Of a stretch of DNA of 64,000 bases, positions 1 through 9,420 are shown piece by piece (the first letter of the stretch is position 1; each line of letters begins with the position of its first letter). The DNA is taken from contig CAJUOQ010000008.1 of the NCBI GenBank assembly GCA_910588235.1, positions 476-64,475 of the forward strand, read 5' to 3'. The notes under the pieces are model-generated. The model saw only the letters and a program-made list of their open reading frames with translations, was not told the DNA's origin and did not search any database. Both the position numbers and the translations under genes were made by a program. The stretch is from an uncultured Atopostipes sp. Lineage in GTDB: Bacteria; Bacillota; Bacilli; Lactobacillales; Carnobacteriaceae_A.

Positions 1-1
1 T

Positions 2-1468
2 CCACAATTAATTATTACTTCGGAAGTCGAAAAAGACGGAGCAGATTACTTCGGACCTTATCCAAACGTGGGAGCTGCTAAACAGACACAGCAACTCTTA
101 CAAAAAACATACCCTTTAAGAAAATGTAACGGACATCAAAAACGAGCATGCTTGCATTACCATATTGGGCAATGTATTGGGCCGTGTGATCATTATGTCT
201 CAGAAGAAGAATATGCCGCTCAAATTAAAAAAATTAAGTCCTTTTTAAAAGGCAATGTTTCCACAATCAAAAAAGACTTAAATGAAAAAATGGAAAAAGC
301 ATCTAAAGAATTAAACTTTGAAGCAGCGGCTGAATTCCGTAACCAAATTAATTACATCGAACAAACTGTTGAGAAACAATCTATTGTGTTTGATGATTTT
401 GTCTCACGAGACTTTTTCAATTATTATGTGGATCGTGGTTGGATTTCGATTCAAGTTTTCTTCGTACGCCAAGCTTCGCTTACGAAACGAGAAGTCGCGA
501 TGTATCCAATCAAAGACGACGCCAACGAAGAGTTATTAAAATATATTTTACAGTACTATCAAAGTAAAAATAATATAATTCCAAAATTTGTCTATGTTCC
601 CGCAGGGATCGACCGCGAAATCTTAAAAGAAGAATTAGAAACAAATATCCATACTCCCCAACGAGGAGAGAAAAAACATTTATTAGATTTAGCGGGTAAA
701 AATAGTAAATTAGCTTTAAAACAAAAATTCCATTTAATTACAATGGAACAATTAAAAACAACCGGAGCTTCTGAAGAATTATCGGAAGCTTTGGGTCTGC
801 CTTATATTGAACGGATCGAAGCCTTTGACCATTCAAATATTCAAGGGACAAGCCCGGTATCTGCGATGGTGTCTTTTAATGAAGGACAACCGGATAAAAA
901 TAACTACCGGAAATTTAATATTAAAACAGTTGAAGGAAGTAATGAAGCAGCAACGACTCGAGAGGTTATTCGACGTCGTTATTCTCGTCTATTAAAAGAA
1001 GAGGCTGAAATGCCAGATTTAATTTTAATGGATGGTGGAAAAATTCAAGTGAATGCAGCCAAAGACGTTCTCGTGAATGAACTAAATCTGGAAATCCCAG
1101 TAGCCGGAATGGTAAAAGACGATCGTCACCAAACCGCGCAATTAATCTACGGAGAGCCTTTAACACCTGTTCCTTTACATCCGCGAAGTCAGGCGTTCTA
1201 TTTGGTGCAAAGAGTGCAGGAAGAAGTGCACCGTTTCGCTATTAAGTTCCACCGAAATGTTCGCAGTAAAAATAGTTTTTCTTCTGTTCTTGACGATATT
1301 CCAGGCGTTGGACCTAAGACGCGCACGAAATTACTTCGTCATTTTAAGTCACTTAAATTATTAAAAGAAGCGGACATTGAAGAGGTTATCGATTTAGGTA
1401 TTAATCGAAAAACGGCAAATAATATTAAAGAAACAATGGCTGACTATGGTGTAAAAAACAAAACATAA
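2..1468 (+). CDS. uvrC: Excinuclease ABC subunit C, 5' end cut by the window edge
   Basis: The frame is open from base 2 (..DYFGPYPNVGAAKQTQQLL..), so the track Met at 68 is internal. A C-terminal helix-hairpin-helix (IPGVGPKTRTKLLRHFKS) typical of UvrC is present. Confidence 0.93.
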   Translation, partial: PQLIITSEVEKDGADYFGPYPNVGAAKQTQQLLQKTYPLRKCNGHQKRACLHYHIGQCIGPCDHYVSEEEYAAQIKKIKSFLKGNVSTIKKDLNEKMEKASKELNFEAAAEFRNQINYIEQTVEKQSIVFDDFVSRDFFNYYVDRGWISIQVFFVRQASLTKREVAMYPIKDDANEELLKYILQYYQSKNNIIPKFVYVPAGIDREILKEELETNIHTPQRGEKKHLLDLAGKNSKLALKQKFHLITMEQLKTTGASEELSEALGLPYIERIEAFDHSNIQGTSPVSAMVSFNEGQPDKNNYRKFNIKTVEGSNEAATTREVIRRRYSRLLKEEAEMPDLILMDGGKIQVNAAKDVLVNELNLEIPVAGMVKDDRHQTAQLIYGEPLTPVPLHPRSQAFYLVQRVQEEVHRFAIKFHRNVRSKNSFSSVLDDIPGVGPKTRTKLLRHFKSLKLLKEADIEEVIDLGINRKTANNIKETMADYGVKNKT

Positions 1469-1480
1469 AAAAGAAGTAAT

Positions 1481-1535
1481 AAAAAAACCAGATAATGTGA
1501 GAAGAACTTCTTCTCACATTATCTGGTTTTTGTTT
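1481..1535. terminator. Bidirectional intrinsic terminator shared by uvrC and the convergent gene
   Basis: Inverted repeat ccagataatgtgagaagaa / ttcttctcacattatctgg is flanked by an A-run (1481-1487) and a T-run (1527-1535). Confidence 0.85.
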
Positions 1536-2127
1536 TGTCTTTAGAAGGTGGATGAGCGAAATAAGAGACTTGCAGAGGTTCACTTTGAAAATTATTCAGT
1601 AAACCGAGATTATAATCTTCCGTTGTCGTTTTTTCTTGGGTCATCTCTTCGTCTTTTTTACGTGAATAGTGATCAAAAACAGTCGAAATTAGAGCAGAGA
1701 GGGGTGCATCCTCTTCTTGTTTAATCTTCAGAACATAGATGGCATTTCCATCTTTAAATCCTTTCTCGCATTCCATAATAAAATGATTATCGCGATGGAC
1801 AGTGAAATAAAGATCTTCAAAGTCACCGGTCACCACCCATTGATGCGGATGGATAGTGAAGTAAGAATCGCGCAGGCCAAATAAACCTGGATGTTTACGC
1901 ATGAATCCCACCTTTTCACCATTTTCCATTAAATCAAAAGTCGCCAGAGGAGCTAATTTTTGTTGCTTCAAACTCATTAAATGCTGCCCATTGATTTTAT
2001 ATAAAGAGATTAAATCATTTTTTCGCCCCCAACGACCTTCGATAAAATAGATAATCTGTCCTCGATCATCTCGAACAGTCAAACGTTGTCTGTTGGTGGC
2101 GTTTTCTTTCATGAATAGTTGTATCAT
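1519..2127 (-). CDS. LURP-one-related / YxjI-like (tubby-fold, DUF567-type) protein, function unknown
   Basis: 202-aa ORF. The pattern ..LTVRDDRGQIIYFIEG..LYKINGQHLMSLKQQKL..NGEKVGF..W.V.GDF.. resembles the YxjI family from memory. An extended -10 (tgttataat on the minus strand) lies about 40 nt upstream. Confidence 0.6.
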   Translation of the reverse strand: MIQLFMKENATNRQRLTVRDDRGQIIYFIEGRWGRKNDLISLYKINGQHLMSLKQQKLAPLATFDLMENGEKVGFMRKHPGLFGLRDSYFTIHPHQWVVTGDFEDLYFTVHRDNHFIMECEKGFKDGNAIYVLKIKQEEDAPLSALISTVFDHYSRKKDEEMTQEKTTTEDYNLGLLNNFQSEPLQVSYFAHPPSKDKTKTR

Positions 2128-2191
2128 TTTAGTACCTCCTAAACCAGTACCTACACAAATTATAACACGTTTTGCTGCTTTATTAAAAAAT

Positions 2192-2236
2192 AAAGCAGAA
2201 CCAGCTATTCTACTGGCTCTGCTTTGGTTTCTTTTA
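2192..2236. terminator. Intrinsic terminator downstream of the HAD hydrolase gene (bidirectional shape)
   Basis: 13-bp stem aaagcagaaccag / ctggctctgcttt (one mismatch) with A/T runs on both sides. Confidence 0.7.
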
Positions 2237-2319
2237 TTCTAGCGGGCGAACATTTATTTTCTGGTTTTATCGTCTGATCGTATTTCAGAAGCGAGCAAGG
2301 TGATGCGTGCTTGCCGTGA

Positions 2320-3207
2320 TTAAAATCGTAAGCTTTTTCCATCAAGAACACGCTCGATGATTTGGGCGACGGCGTCTTCGGTGTGGCTAGGAGCATGGTA
2401 AGCAGCTACTTCTTTTGCTTTGGTGTGGGCATTGGCTACTGCGTAACTATGATCAGCCCATTCCAACATAGTTAAATCATTAATATTATCGCCGATAGTA
2501 ATCACTTCACTTGCTTTATAGCCTTGTGAAGCTGCATACTCAGCCACTGCTTTTCCTTTGTTAGCATGGATGTTGTTGATTTCTAGATTGTTTGTACTTG
2601 CAGAAGTGACAATCAAATCAGGAAGTTCTTTTTCAACATCCGTTTGAATATCACGTAAGATCGAAAGATCATCGGTTGCGTTCGCTAAGGTTTTCAGTAC
2701 TTGAACATTGAAATCTTGGTATAAGAAATCATAATTATCAACTTTTTGAACATTCAAGTTATGGAGTCGTTCACTAACGATTTTTGTAGCTTCTTCATCC
2801 GTTAACGATTTATTAATGGATTGAAAAACAGCTTTAAAAGCTTCGACATAGTCTGCTAATGATTGTTTTGAGTAAGTGGCGTCTTGGGTGATAAATTCAT
2901 GATGAACCCCATAGTGATGGAGAATCTGGATCAATGATTTTGTGTCTTCTTTATCGATTGCACGCGTAAATTGTAACTGTTCGTCGCGGTCAAATAATCT
3001 TGCGCCATTTAATTCAATAAATGGACAAGTCAGGCCATGTTCTTTAACAAGTGTATAACCTGAATCAACGGTTCGTCCAGTCGCTACTGCAAAATCAAGT
3101 CCTGCATCTTGTGCACGAGCGATGGCGTGGGCAGCTCGTGATGTGATTTCGATGTTTTCGTTTAACAAAGTTCCGTCCATATCTGTTACAATTAATTTAA
3201 TTGACAA
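2320..3207 (-). CDS. Cof-type HAD-IIB family hydrolase (sugar-phosphatase-like)
   Basis: 295 aa with a TTG start. HAD motif I is DMDGTLL at the N-terminus, followed by ..ATGRT.. and a C-terminal GDNINDLTML motif. Confidence 0.85.
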   Translation of the reverse strand: MSIKLIVTDMDGTLLNENIEITSRAAHAIARAQDAGLDFAVATGRTVDSGYTLVKEHGLTCPFIELNGARLFDRDEQLQFTRAIDKEDTKSLIQILHHYGVHHEFITQDATYSKQSLADYVEAFKAVFQSINKSLTDEEATKIVSERLHNLNVQKVDNYDFLYQDFNVQVLKTLANATDDLSILRDIQTDVEKELPDLIVTSASTNNLEINNIHANKGKAVAEYAASQGYKASEVITIGDNINDLTMLEWADHSYAVANAHTKAKEVAAYHAPSHTEDAVAQIIERVLDGKSLRF

Positions 3208-3334
3208 AATCTTCTTCCTTTCTTTTTAGTTCCTTTACAATTCTATCAAAATATGTGACGAATTACAGTGAATAGTATATTTTATTTATGTAAAGTTTTT
3301 AAAATGAAGAAAAATAGAAAGTGAGCGAATTGAA

Positions 3335-4015
3335 ATGACGATCACCATTCAAAATAGTTGGCAACCTATTATAGAGGAAGCAACTGCCACAGACTCCTAC
3401 CAAAATTTAAGACAATTTCTAAAAAAAGAGTATAGTCAGTACACGATCTACCCAGAGATGTATGATATTTGGACCGCCTTTCAATGGACGAGTTATGAAG
3501 ATGTGAAAGTGGTTATTTTAGGGCAAGACCCTTATCATGGCCCGGGTCAGGCGCATGGTTTGAGTTTTTCCGTCCAACCAGGCATTAAAATTCCACCTTC
3601 TCTACGAAATATTTATAAAGAATTAGAAGATGATTTAGGAATCCCACCGGTTTCCCACGGATATTTAAAAAGTTGGGCAGAACAAGGCGTGTTTCTGCTA
3701 AATTCGGTCCTCACTGTTCGCAGTGGCGAAGCGAATTCACATCGCGGAAAAGGTTGGGAAGAAGTGACGGATTTTGCGATTGCTTCTTTAAATAATCGCG
3801 AAGAGCCCATTGTATTTATTTTGTGGGGAGCAGCGGCCCGAAAGAAACAAGCATTGATTGATACGGATAAACATTCTATTATTACATCGGTACACCCAAG
3901 TCCTTTATCCGCTTATCGTGGCTTTTTTGGTTCTAAGCCTTTTTCGAAAACCAATAAAATCTTAGAAGATTCAAATCAAGAGCCGATCGACTGGGCCTTA
4001 CCAAAAGAAGTTTAA
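3335..4015 (+). CDS. ung: Uracil-DNA glycosylase
   Basis: 226 aa with the family-1 UDG motifs [18 protein letters not shown] and HPSPLSA. Confidence 0.95.
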   Translation: MTITIQNSWQPIIEEATATDSYQNLRQFLKKEYSQYTIYPEMYDIWTAFQWTSYEDVKVVILGQDPYHGPGQAHGLSFSVQPGIKIPPSLRNIYKELEDDLGIPPVSHGYLKSWAEQGVFLLNSVLTVRSGEANSHRGKGWEEVTDFAIASLNNREEPIVFILWGAAARKKQALIDTDKHSIITSVHPSPLSAYRGFFGSKPFSKTNKILEDSNQEPIDWALPKEV

Positions 4016-4111
4016 GAAAGGTCAAATCTTCCTTTAAATGTTGACAATAAGCAGTCGTTGATGCTAATATACTATGAGAATAAATTAACTAAAGAAAAGA
4101 GGAGACCATAA

Positions 4112-4264
4112 ATGAAACAAAACAAAGCAGCTTTAGCCTGTACAGTTTGTGGATCTCGGAATTATTCGCTTGATATGGGTACAAAACCACGGACAGAACG
4201 ATTAGAACTTAAAAAGTTTTGCAAATATTGTGGGAAACACACACTACACAAAGAAACGAAGTAA
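4112..4264 (+). CDS. rpmG: 50S ribosomal protein L33 (zinc-ribbon type)
   Basis: Not in the ORF track because it is under 60 aa. ATG follows SD aaagaggag. Translation is [50 protein letters not shown] with CxxC..CxxC. It sits directly upstream of secE-nusG, as is canonical. Confidence 0.9.
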   Translation: MKQNKAALACTVCGSRNYSLDMGTKPRTERLELKKFCKYCGKHTLHKETK

Positions 4265-4297
4265 TGGAATGCTTACTGAAGGGAGTTTGGTTGAATA

Positions 4298-4474
4298 ATG
4301 AGCAAAGTTGGAAGTTTTTTCAAAGAAGTAAGGCATGAAATGCGAGAAACCTCTTGGCCTTCAGGAAAAAATATGCGTAAATATTTATCATCCATTTTTA
4401 CGATTGTTATTTTATTTGCGGTATTTTTCTATGCGGCTGAATCAGTCATTGTATGGCTACTTTCTCTTATTTAA
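4298..4474 (+). CDS. secE: Preprotein translocase subunit SecE
   Basis: Not in the ORF track. 58 aa, MSKVGSFFKEVRHEMRETSWPS..., followed by one TM helix. The position between rpmG and nusG is canonical. Confidence 0.88.
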   Translation: MSKVGSFFKEVRHEMRETSWPSGKNMRKYLSSIFTIVILFAVFFYAAESVIVWLLSLI

Positions 4475-4529
4475 TGCGTTTAACTCTAGCAAACCATAAA
4501 AAATCATGATATAATACGAATCAGTTGAG

Positions 4530-4565
4530 AACCTTCTAGACGAATGCAGTCAGGAAGGTTTTTTA
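4530..4565 (+). terminator. Terminator-like hairpin in the secE-nusG spacer (possible nusG leader attenuator)
   Basis: Stem aaccttc / gaaggtt with a 17-nt loop, followed by TTTTT. It is preceded by an extended -10, TGaTATAAT, at 4507-4515. Confidence 0.55.
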
Positions 4566-4636
4566 ATTTGAATAAAACTTGCGTAAAAGTTGATGAAAAT
4601 AAATAGATAGATAAAAAAAGATATAGGGGTGAAAAA

Positions 4637-5212
4637 ATGAGTACTTTTGATCGAATTAGCCAAGAAAAAGCATGGTATGTTTTACATACTTACTCTGGAT
4701 ATGAAATGAAGGTTCAGCAAAACTTAAATTCCCGAATGACAAGTATGGGGATGGAAGATAACATCTTTCAGATTTTAGTTCCTGAACAAGAAGTGTATGA
4801 AGAAAAAAATGGCGAAACAGTTTCTAAAATGAAAAAAGCCTTCCCAGGTTATGTACTGGTACAAATGATTATGTCGGATGAAGCATGGTATGTCGTCCGT
4901 AATACACCAGGGGTGACAGGTTTCGTGGGCTCTCATGGAGCGGGAAGTAAACCTTCACCACTTTTACCAGAAGAGGTCGACGATGTCATGCGTAGTATCG
5001 GCATCAATCCTCGTAAAGTAGCGATTGAACTAGAAGTCGGCCAACTTGTTGAGATTACAAGTGGTGCCTTTGCAGGAATGGAAGGTATTGTCGAAGATTT
5101 TGATGAAGACAAAGGTAAAGTAACCGTCTCAGTAGAAATGTTTGGTCGAGAAACAGATACAGAACTTGACTATTCAGAAGTAAAAGAAGCTGAAGAAGGG
5201 TTTAGTCTTTAA
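4637..5212 (+). CDS. nusG: Transcription termination/antitermination factor NusG
   Basis: 191 aa. NGN domain (WYVLHTYSGYE..) and a C-terminal KOW motif (GQLVEITSGAFAGMEGIVEDF). Confidence 0.95.
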   Translation: MSTFDRISQEKAWYVLHTYSGYEMKVQQNLNSRMTSMGMEDNIFQILVPEQEVYEEKNGETVSKMKKAFPGYVLVQMIMSDEAWYVVRNTPGVTGFVGSHGAGSKPSPLLPEEVDDVMRSIGINPRKVAIELEVGQLVEITSGAFAGMEGIVEDFDEDKGKVTVSVEMFGRETDTELDYSEVKEAEEGFSL

Positions 5213-5254
5213 GGATAAAAAAGCAAGAAGAGCAAGGAAACTGTAAATAACACC

Positions 5255-5283
5255 TTGCATTTCATTGCTTGAAATGTTAAAAT
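5255..5283 (+). promoter_or_regulatory. Sigma-A-type promoter for rplKA
   Basis: TTGCAT, 17-nt spacer, TAAAAT. It lies about 110 nt upstream of the rplK start, leaving a leader (5284-5393) with a G-rich/C-rich hairpin (tgggagggg..cccca). Confidence 0.5.
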
Positions 5284-5393
5284 ATTGCGGTACGTTTATA
5301 GGCAAGGTGTCTATAAATTGTATTGATAGGTGGGAGGGGAAATTACTTAACCCCATTTTAACCACTCGCGGACAAAACAAGGAGGTATGTCTC

Positions 5394-5819
5394 GTGGCAA
5401 AAAAAGTTATTGACGTAGTAAAATTACAAATTCCTGCGGGAGCAGCATCACCAGCTCCACCAGTTGGTCCAGCATTAGGACAAGCGGGTATTAACATTAC
5501 TGGCTTTACTAAAGAGTTTAACGCTCGTACTGCTGATCAACAAGGAACTATTATACCTGTAGTTATTACTGTATATGAAGATCGGTCATTTACATTTATC
5601 ACAAAAACACCACCAGCTTCTGTCTTATTAAAAGAAGCAGCAGGTATTGACTTAGGTTCAGGCGAACCAAATACCAATAAAGTGGGAACTGTTACAGCTG
5701 ATCAAGTAAAAGAAATTGCAGAAACGAAATTAGAAGATTTAAACGCAGCAGACATTGACGCTGCTATACGTGTTGTCGAAGGAACTGCACGAAGCATGGG
5801 AATCACTGTAGAAGGATAA
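5394..5819 (+). CDS. rplK: 50S ribosomal protein L11
   Basis: The track ORF 5265-5819 is over-extended. A GTG at 5394 lies 8 nt after SD aaggagg and gives [30 protein letters not shown].., 141 aa, the normal L11 length. Confidence 0.93.
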   Translation: MAKKVIDVVKLQIPAGAASPAPPVGPALGQAGINITGFTKEFNARTADQQGTIIPVVITVYEDRSFTFITKTPPASVLLKEAAGIDLGSGEPNTNKVGTVTADQVKEIAETKLEDLNAADIDAAIRVVEGTARSMGITVEG

Positions 5820-5937
5820 ATCGATTATTTTTCGATTTTTTATTGAGATATCTCGTGCTAGTTGCACAAAATGATGATATTTTGTGTAAATAAAGTGGGA
5901 GGTCTATCCGCTAATACCACATAAGGAGGATTTAATC

Positions 5938-6654
5938 GTGGCAAACAAAAAAAGAAGTAAAAAGTATTTAGCTGCTTTAGAACAAGTAGACCGTGAAAAA
6001 GATTACGGGGCTCGTGAAGCAGTAAGCTTAGTAAAAGAAATTGATTACGCAAACTTTGATGCTAGTATTGAAGTTTCATACCGATTAGGTGTTGATCCTA
6101 AGCATGCTGATCAACAATTACGTGGTGCCTTAGTACTACCAAATGGTACAGGAAACACAGAAACAGTTGTTGTGTTTGCAAAAGGTGAGGCTGCAGAAGC
6201 TGCTAAAGAAGCAGGCGCAGACTACGTTGGAGATTCAGACCTAGTTGAACGCATTGAAGATGGTTGGTTAGATTTTGATGTTGTCGTTGCATCACCAGAC
6301 ATGATGGCAGAAGTAGGTAAATTAGGACGCGTTTTAGGACCTAAAGGACTTATGCCAAACCCTAAAACAGGAACTGTTACACAAGATGTAGCAAAAGCTG
6401 TTGAAGACATCAAAGCAGGACAAGTTGCATACCGTGTAGATAACCAATCAAACTTACACGTACTTGTTGGTAAAGTATCATTCTCAGATGATGAATTACT
6501 TGAAAACATTAAAGCTGTTCATGAAGAAGTAATCGAATCTCGTCCAGCAAGCATTCCAGGTGGAAGCTATATTAAAGCTTTAACAATGGCAAGTACATTT
6601 GGACCAGGTGTCAAAATTGATCACCGTACACTTCTTGCAAAAGAAGAAGCTTAA
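5938..6654 (+). CDS. rplA: 50S ribosomal protein L1
   Basis: 238 aa with a GTG start after SD aaggagg; sequence includes ..[15 protein letters not shown].. Confidence 0.95.
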   Translation: MANKKRSKKYLAALEQVDREKDYGAREAVSLVKEIDYANFDASIEVSYRLGVDPKHADQQLRGALVLPNGTGNTETVVVFAKGEAAEAAKEAGADYVGDSDLVERIEDGWLDFDVVVASPDMMAEVGKLGRVLGPKGLMPNPKTGTVTQDVAKAVEDIKAGQVAYRVDNQSNLHVLVGKVSFSDDELLENIKAVHEEVIESRPASIPGGSYIKALTMASTFGPGVKIDHRTLLAKEEA

Positions 6655-6660
6655 AAAAGC

Positions 6661-6689
6661 TTGCATATTAAATCATAACTTGTTATAAT
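6661..6689 (+). promoter_or_regulatory. Promoter for rplJL
   Basis: TTGCAT, 17-nt spacer, TATAAT, with an extended TG (tgtTATAAT). Confidence 0.7.
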
Positions 6690-6695
6690 TTAAAA

Positions 6696-6860
6696 GTTCT
6701 TAATGAATTGAATATCCAAACATTACCGAAGACAGTATGTGGCAATCGCCTTAATTTCATACCGAGGAGATGTTGTTAGATAAGTTTATGCAAATAATCT
6801 TATTATAAAAACATTTAACACTCCCTTATGTCCTCGGTGACTAAGGGAGTTTTTTAATTT
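6696..6860 (+). promoter_or_regulatory. L10(L12) ribosomal-protein leader with terminator
   Basis: A ~165-nt leader upstream of rplJ ends in the hairpin ctcccttatgtcctcggtgactaagggag plus TTTTTT (6822-6856). This position and architecture match the Firmicute L10 leader (Rfam L10_leader class), recognised from memory and not scanned. Confidence 0.7.
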
Positions 6861-6892
6861 AGGGCTAAAACAAGCTTCAGGAGGTGACGTTC

Positions 6893-7402
6893 GTGAGTCG
6901 TGAACAAGTATTACAAGAAAAACAAGATATCGTTAGTGCATTAGTAGATAAATTCGAAAGCTCAGCTGCATTTGTGATTGTAAACTATCGTGGTTTAACA
7001 GTTGCTGAAGCAACTGACCTACGTAAACAATTACGTGACGCAGGCGTTGACATGCACGTTGTTAAAAATACAATGATTCGTAAAGCTGCAGAAGTAGCTG
7101 GAATTGAAGGTTTAGACGACGTATTTGTTGGACCTACTGCTATCGCATTCTCAGAAGAGGAAGTTGTAGCACCAGCTAAAATAATGGTTGAGTTTGCTGA
7201 AGAGGTAGAAGCACTTGTTGTAAAAGGTGGATACATGGAAGGTGAAGTTGTTCCTGTTGAAACGATTGAAGCAGTTGCTAAATTACCAAGCCGTGATGGA
7301 TTACTATCTATGCTATTATCAGCACTTCAAGCACCTGTTCGAAATGCTGCATTGGCATTCAAAGCAGTTGCAGACAAAAAAGAAGACGAAGACGCAGCAT
7401 AA
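6893..7402 (+). CDS. rplJ: 50S ribosomal protein L10
   Basis: The track start at 6884 overlaps the SD aggagg (6879-6884). The GTG at 6893 has 8-nt spacing and gives 169 aa. Confidence 0.93.
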   Translation: MSREQVLQEKQDIVSALVDKFESSAAFVIVNYRGLTVAEATDLRKQLRDAGVDMHVVKNTMIRKAAEVAGIEGLDDVFVGPTAIAFSEEEVVAPAKIMVEFAEEVEALVVKGGYMEGEVVPVETIEAVAKLPSRDGLLSMLLSALQAPVRNAALAFKAVADKKEDEDAA

Positions 7403-7485
7403 TTTTGATGTGGTCTCCGCAGTCGCATAGACTATAAATTATTTAAAAAACAAAAAATTATTTAACATAACGGAGGAAAATAAAA

Positions 7486-7854
7486 ATGGCTTTAGATGTA
7501 GAACAAATTATTGCTGATTTAAAAGAATCATCAATTCTTGAAATCAACGAATTAGTAGAAGCAATTGAAGAAGAATTTGGCGTAGAAGCAGCAGCACCAG
7601 TTGCAGTAGCAGGTGCAGGCGGAGGCGCTGAAGAAGAAGAACAAACAGAATTTGACGTTGAATTAACTGACGCAGGTTCAGCTAAAATTCAAGTAATTAA
7701 AGCAGTTCGTGAAATTACTGGTTTAGGCTTGAAAGATGCGAAAGGTCTAGTAGACGAAGCACCAAGCGTTATTAAAGAAGGCGTCGACAAAGACGAAGCT
7801 GACGAAATCCAAGAAAAAATTGAAGAAGCTGGAGGATCAGTTGAACTTAAATAA
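7486..7854 (+). CDS. rplL: 50S ribosomal protein L7/L12
   Basis: 122 aa with an Ala/Gly/Glu hinge and a C-terminal domain ..[24 protein letters not shown].. Confidence 0.96.
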   Translation: MALDVEQIIADLKESSILEINELVEAIEEEFGVEAAAPVAVAGAGGGAEEEEQTEFDVELTDAGSAKIQVIKAVREITGLGLKDAKGLVDEAPSVIKEGVDKDEADEIQEKIEEAGGSVELK

Positions 7855-7879
7855 GTTTAACGATCGGATAGAACTTTTT

Positions 7880-7916
7880 AAACCTCAGGTAGCCATTGCT
7901 GCTTGAGGTTTTCTTG
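7880..7916 (+). terminator. Intrinsic terminator after rplL
   Basis: Stem aaacctca(gg) / (gc)ttgaggttt followed by a T-rich tail. Confidence 0.75.
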
Positions 7917-8172
7917 TTATATAGATGTTTTTAGCGGTGTGAAATAGTCACGAATAAAGGCTCTCTTCATATTTATGTCTGCGGATAGAATAAATAAAGC
8001 ACATCTCTTTCTCTCAGATGCTCTTCCTCCTCGAAGAAGAGCAGATTTTCACAAAAATATTACAATAATTTCTTTAGGAACCACATATTCTATTGGAAAC
8101 TTATGCTATAATAGCACTTGCAAACTTAAAAAGCTTACCAGAATTTAAAAATGCTGATCAGGAGTGTAAAAA

Positions 8173-9363
8173 ATGAAAAGTAAAAATGAAAACACATCAA
8201 GGATCGATTATGGAATTGTCTTATGTATTTTATTACTGGCGATTATTGGTTTAGTCTCTCTTTATTCAACGACCGTTTTAATCCAAGGTAGCAGTATCAG
8301 TATGACGATTATGCAAGGAATATGGTACATCTTGGGGACAGCAGCGGCAGGTATGGTTATGCTATTTGACTCTGAACAACTGTGGAAAGTCACCAATTAC
8401 TTATATTGGATAGGGGTTGCAGGTTTAGTCTTAACGTTGATTTTTTATGACCGTGGACTGGCAGCTACCGCAGGCTCTCGTAGTTGGATTAATATTCCGA
8501 TTATTAATTTTACGTTACAGCCTTCTGAATTTGCTAAACTTCCTTATATTTTAATCCTGGCTAAAACGACAACAATACATAATGCGACATACGGTAGCCG
8601 AACAGTCGAAAGTGATTTTTTACTGCTCGGGAAATTAATTGCATGGTCTATTATCCCTTTAGCGTTAATTATTATCCAGCCGGATCTAGGAACCACGTTA
8701 GTTTATTTAGCAATCCTTGCTGGGGTTATTTTACTTTCAGGGATTCAGTGGAAGATTCTGCTCCCAATTATTTCGGTAGGACTAATTATTAGTGTAGGAA
8801 CCATTCTTTTAGTCGTCTATAACCGAGATTTTCTGAAAGATGTCTTTGGTTTTCATGAGTATCAATTTTTAAGGGTTGATACTTGGCTAGATCCTTACCA
8901 TGACACCACGGCTTCCTCTTACCAAGTCACACAAGCTTTCAAAGCGATTGGTTCGGGTGGCGTTTTTGGAAAAGGTTTAGGAGCTTCGGAGGTCTATGTC
9001 CCTGTTCGAGAATCTGATATGATATTTGCGACCATTGGCGAGAACTTTGGTTTCGTTGGTGCTTCCTTTTTAATTTTTGTATACTTCGTTCTAGTTTACA
9101 ATATGATTAAAATTGTTTATGACACGAGAAATGAATTTTATGCTTATATCGCAACGGGCGTTATTATGATGATTGTCTTCCATGTGTTAGAGAACGTTGG
9201 GATGAATATCGGACTCCTACCAGTAACGGGAATCCCCTTACCTTTTGTCTCACAGGGTGGCTCGGCTTTACTTGGAAATATGTTAGGTATTGGATTAATC
9301 ATGTCAATGCGTTATCACCATCGATCTTATATGTTTTCAGGCGAAGACGAAGGTTTTCACTAG
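8173..9363 (+). CDS. SEDS family peptidoglycan glycosyltransferase (FtsW/RodA/SpoVE), copy 1
   Basis: 396 aa, polytopic. Motifs LQPSEFAKL, QPDLGT and PVTGIPLPFVSQGGSA. An extended -10 (tgcTATAAT, 8104-8112) lies upstream. Confidence 0.9.
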   Translation: MKSKNENTSRIDYGIVLCILLLAIIGLVSLYSTTVLIQGSSISMTIMQGIWYILGTAAAGMVMLFDSEQLWKVTNYLYWIGVAGLVLTLIFYDRGLAATAGSRSWINIPIINFTLQPSEFAKLPYILILAKTTTIHNATYGSRTVESDFLLLGKLIAWSIIPLALIIIQPDLGTTLVYLAILAGVILLSGIQWKILLPIISVGLIISVGTILLVVYNRDFLKDVFGFHEYQFLRVDTWLDPYHDTTASSYQVTQAFKAIGSGGVFGKGLGASEVYVPVRESDMIFATIGENFGFVGASFLIFVYFVLVYNMIKIVYDTRNEFYAYIATGVIMMIVFHVLENVGMNIGLLPVTGIPLPFVSQGGSALLGNMLGIGLIMSMRYHHRSYMFSGEDEGFH

Positions 9364-9420
9364 GAGTCTACAGAGAATGAAAAGAGCTTATTATTTTATG
9401 ACTAGAGAGAAGGGAAAACA

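Noticed and set aside
2205-2396. A 63-aa minus-strand ORF overlapping the 3' end of the HAD hydrolase gene and its terminator
   Set aside because: It overlaps a confident gene in another frame and runs through the terminator hairpin, with no SD.
5265-5393. The N-terminal 43-codon extension of the rplK ORF in the track (184 aa)
   Set aside because: The extension contains the predicted promoter and leader and has no SD. The GTG at 5394 has a perfect SD and yields the canonical L11 N-terminus and length.
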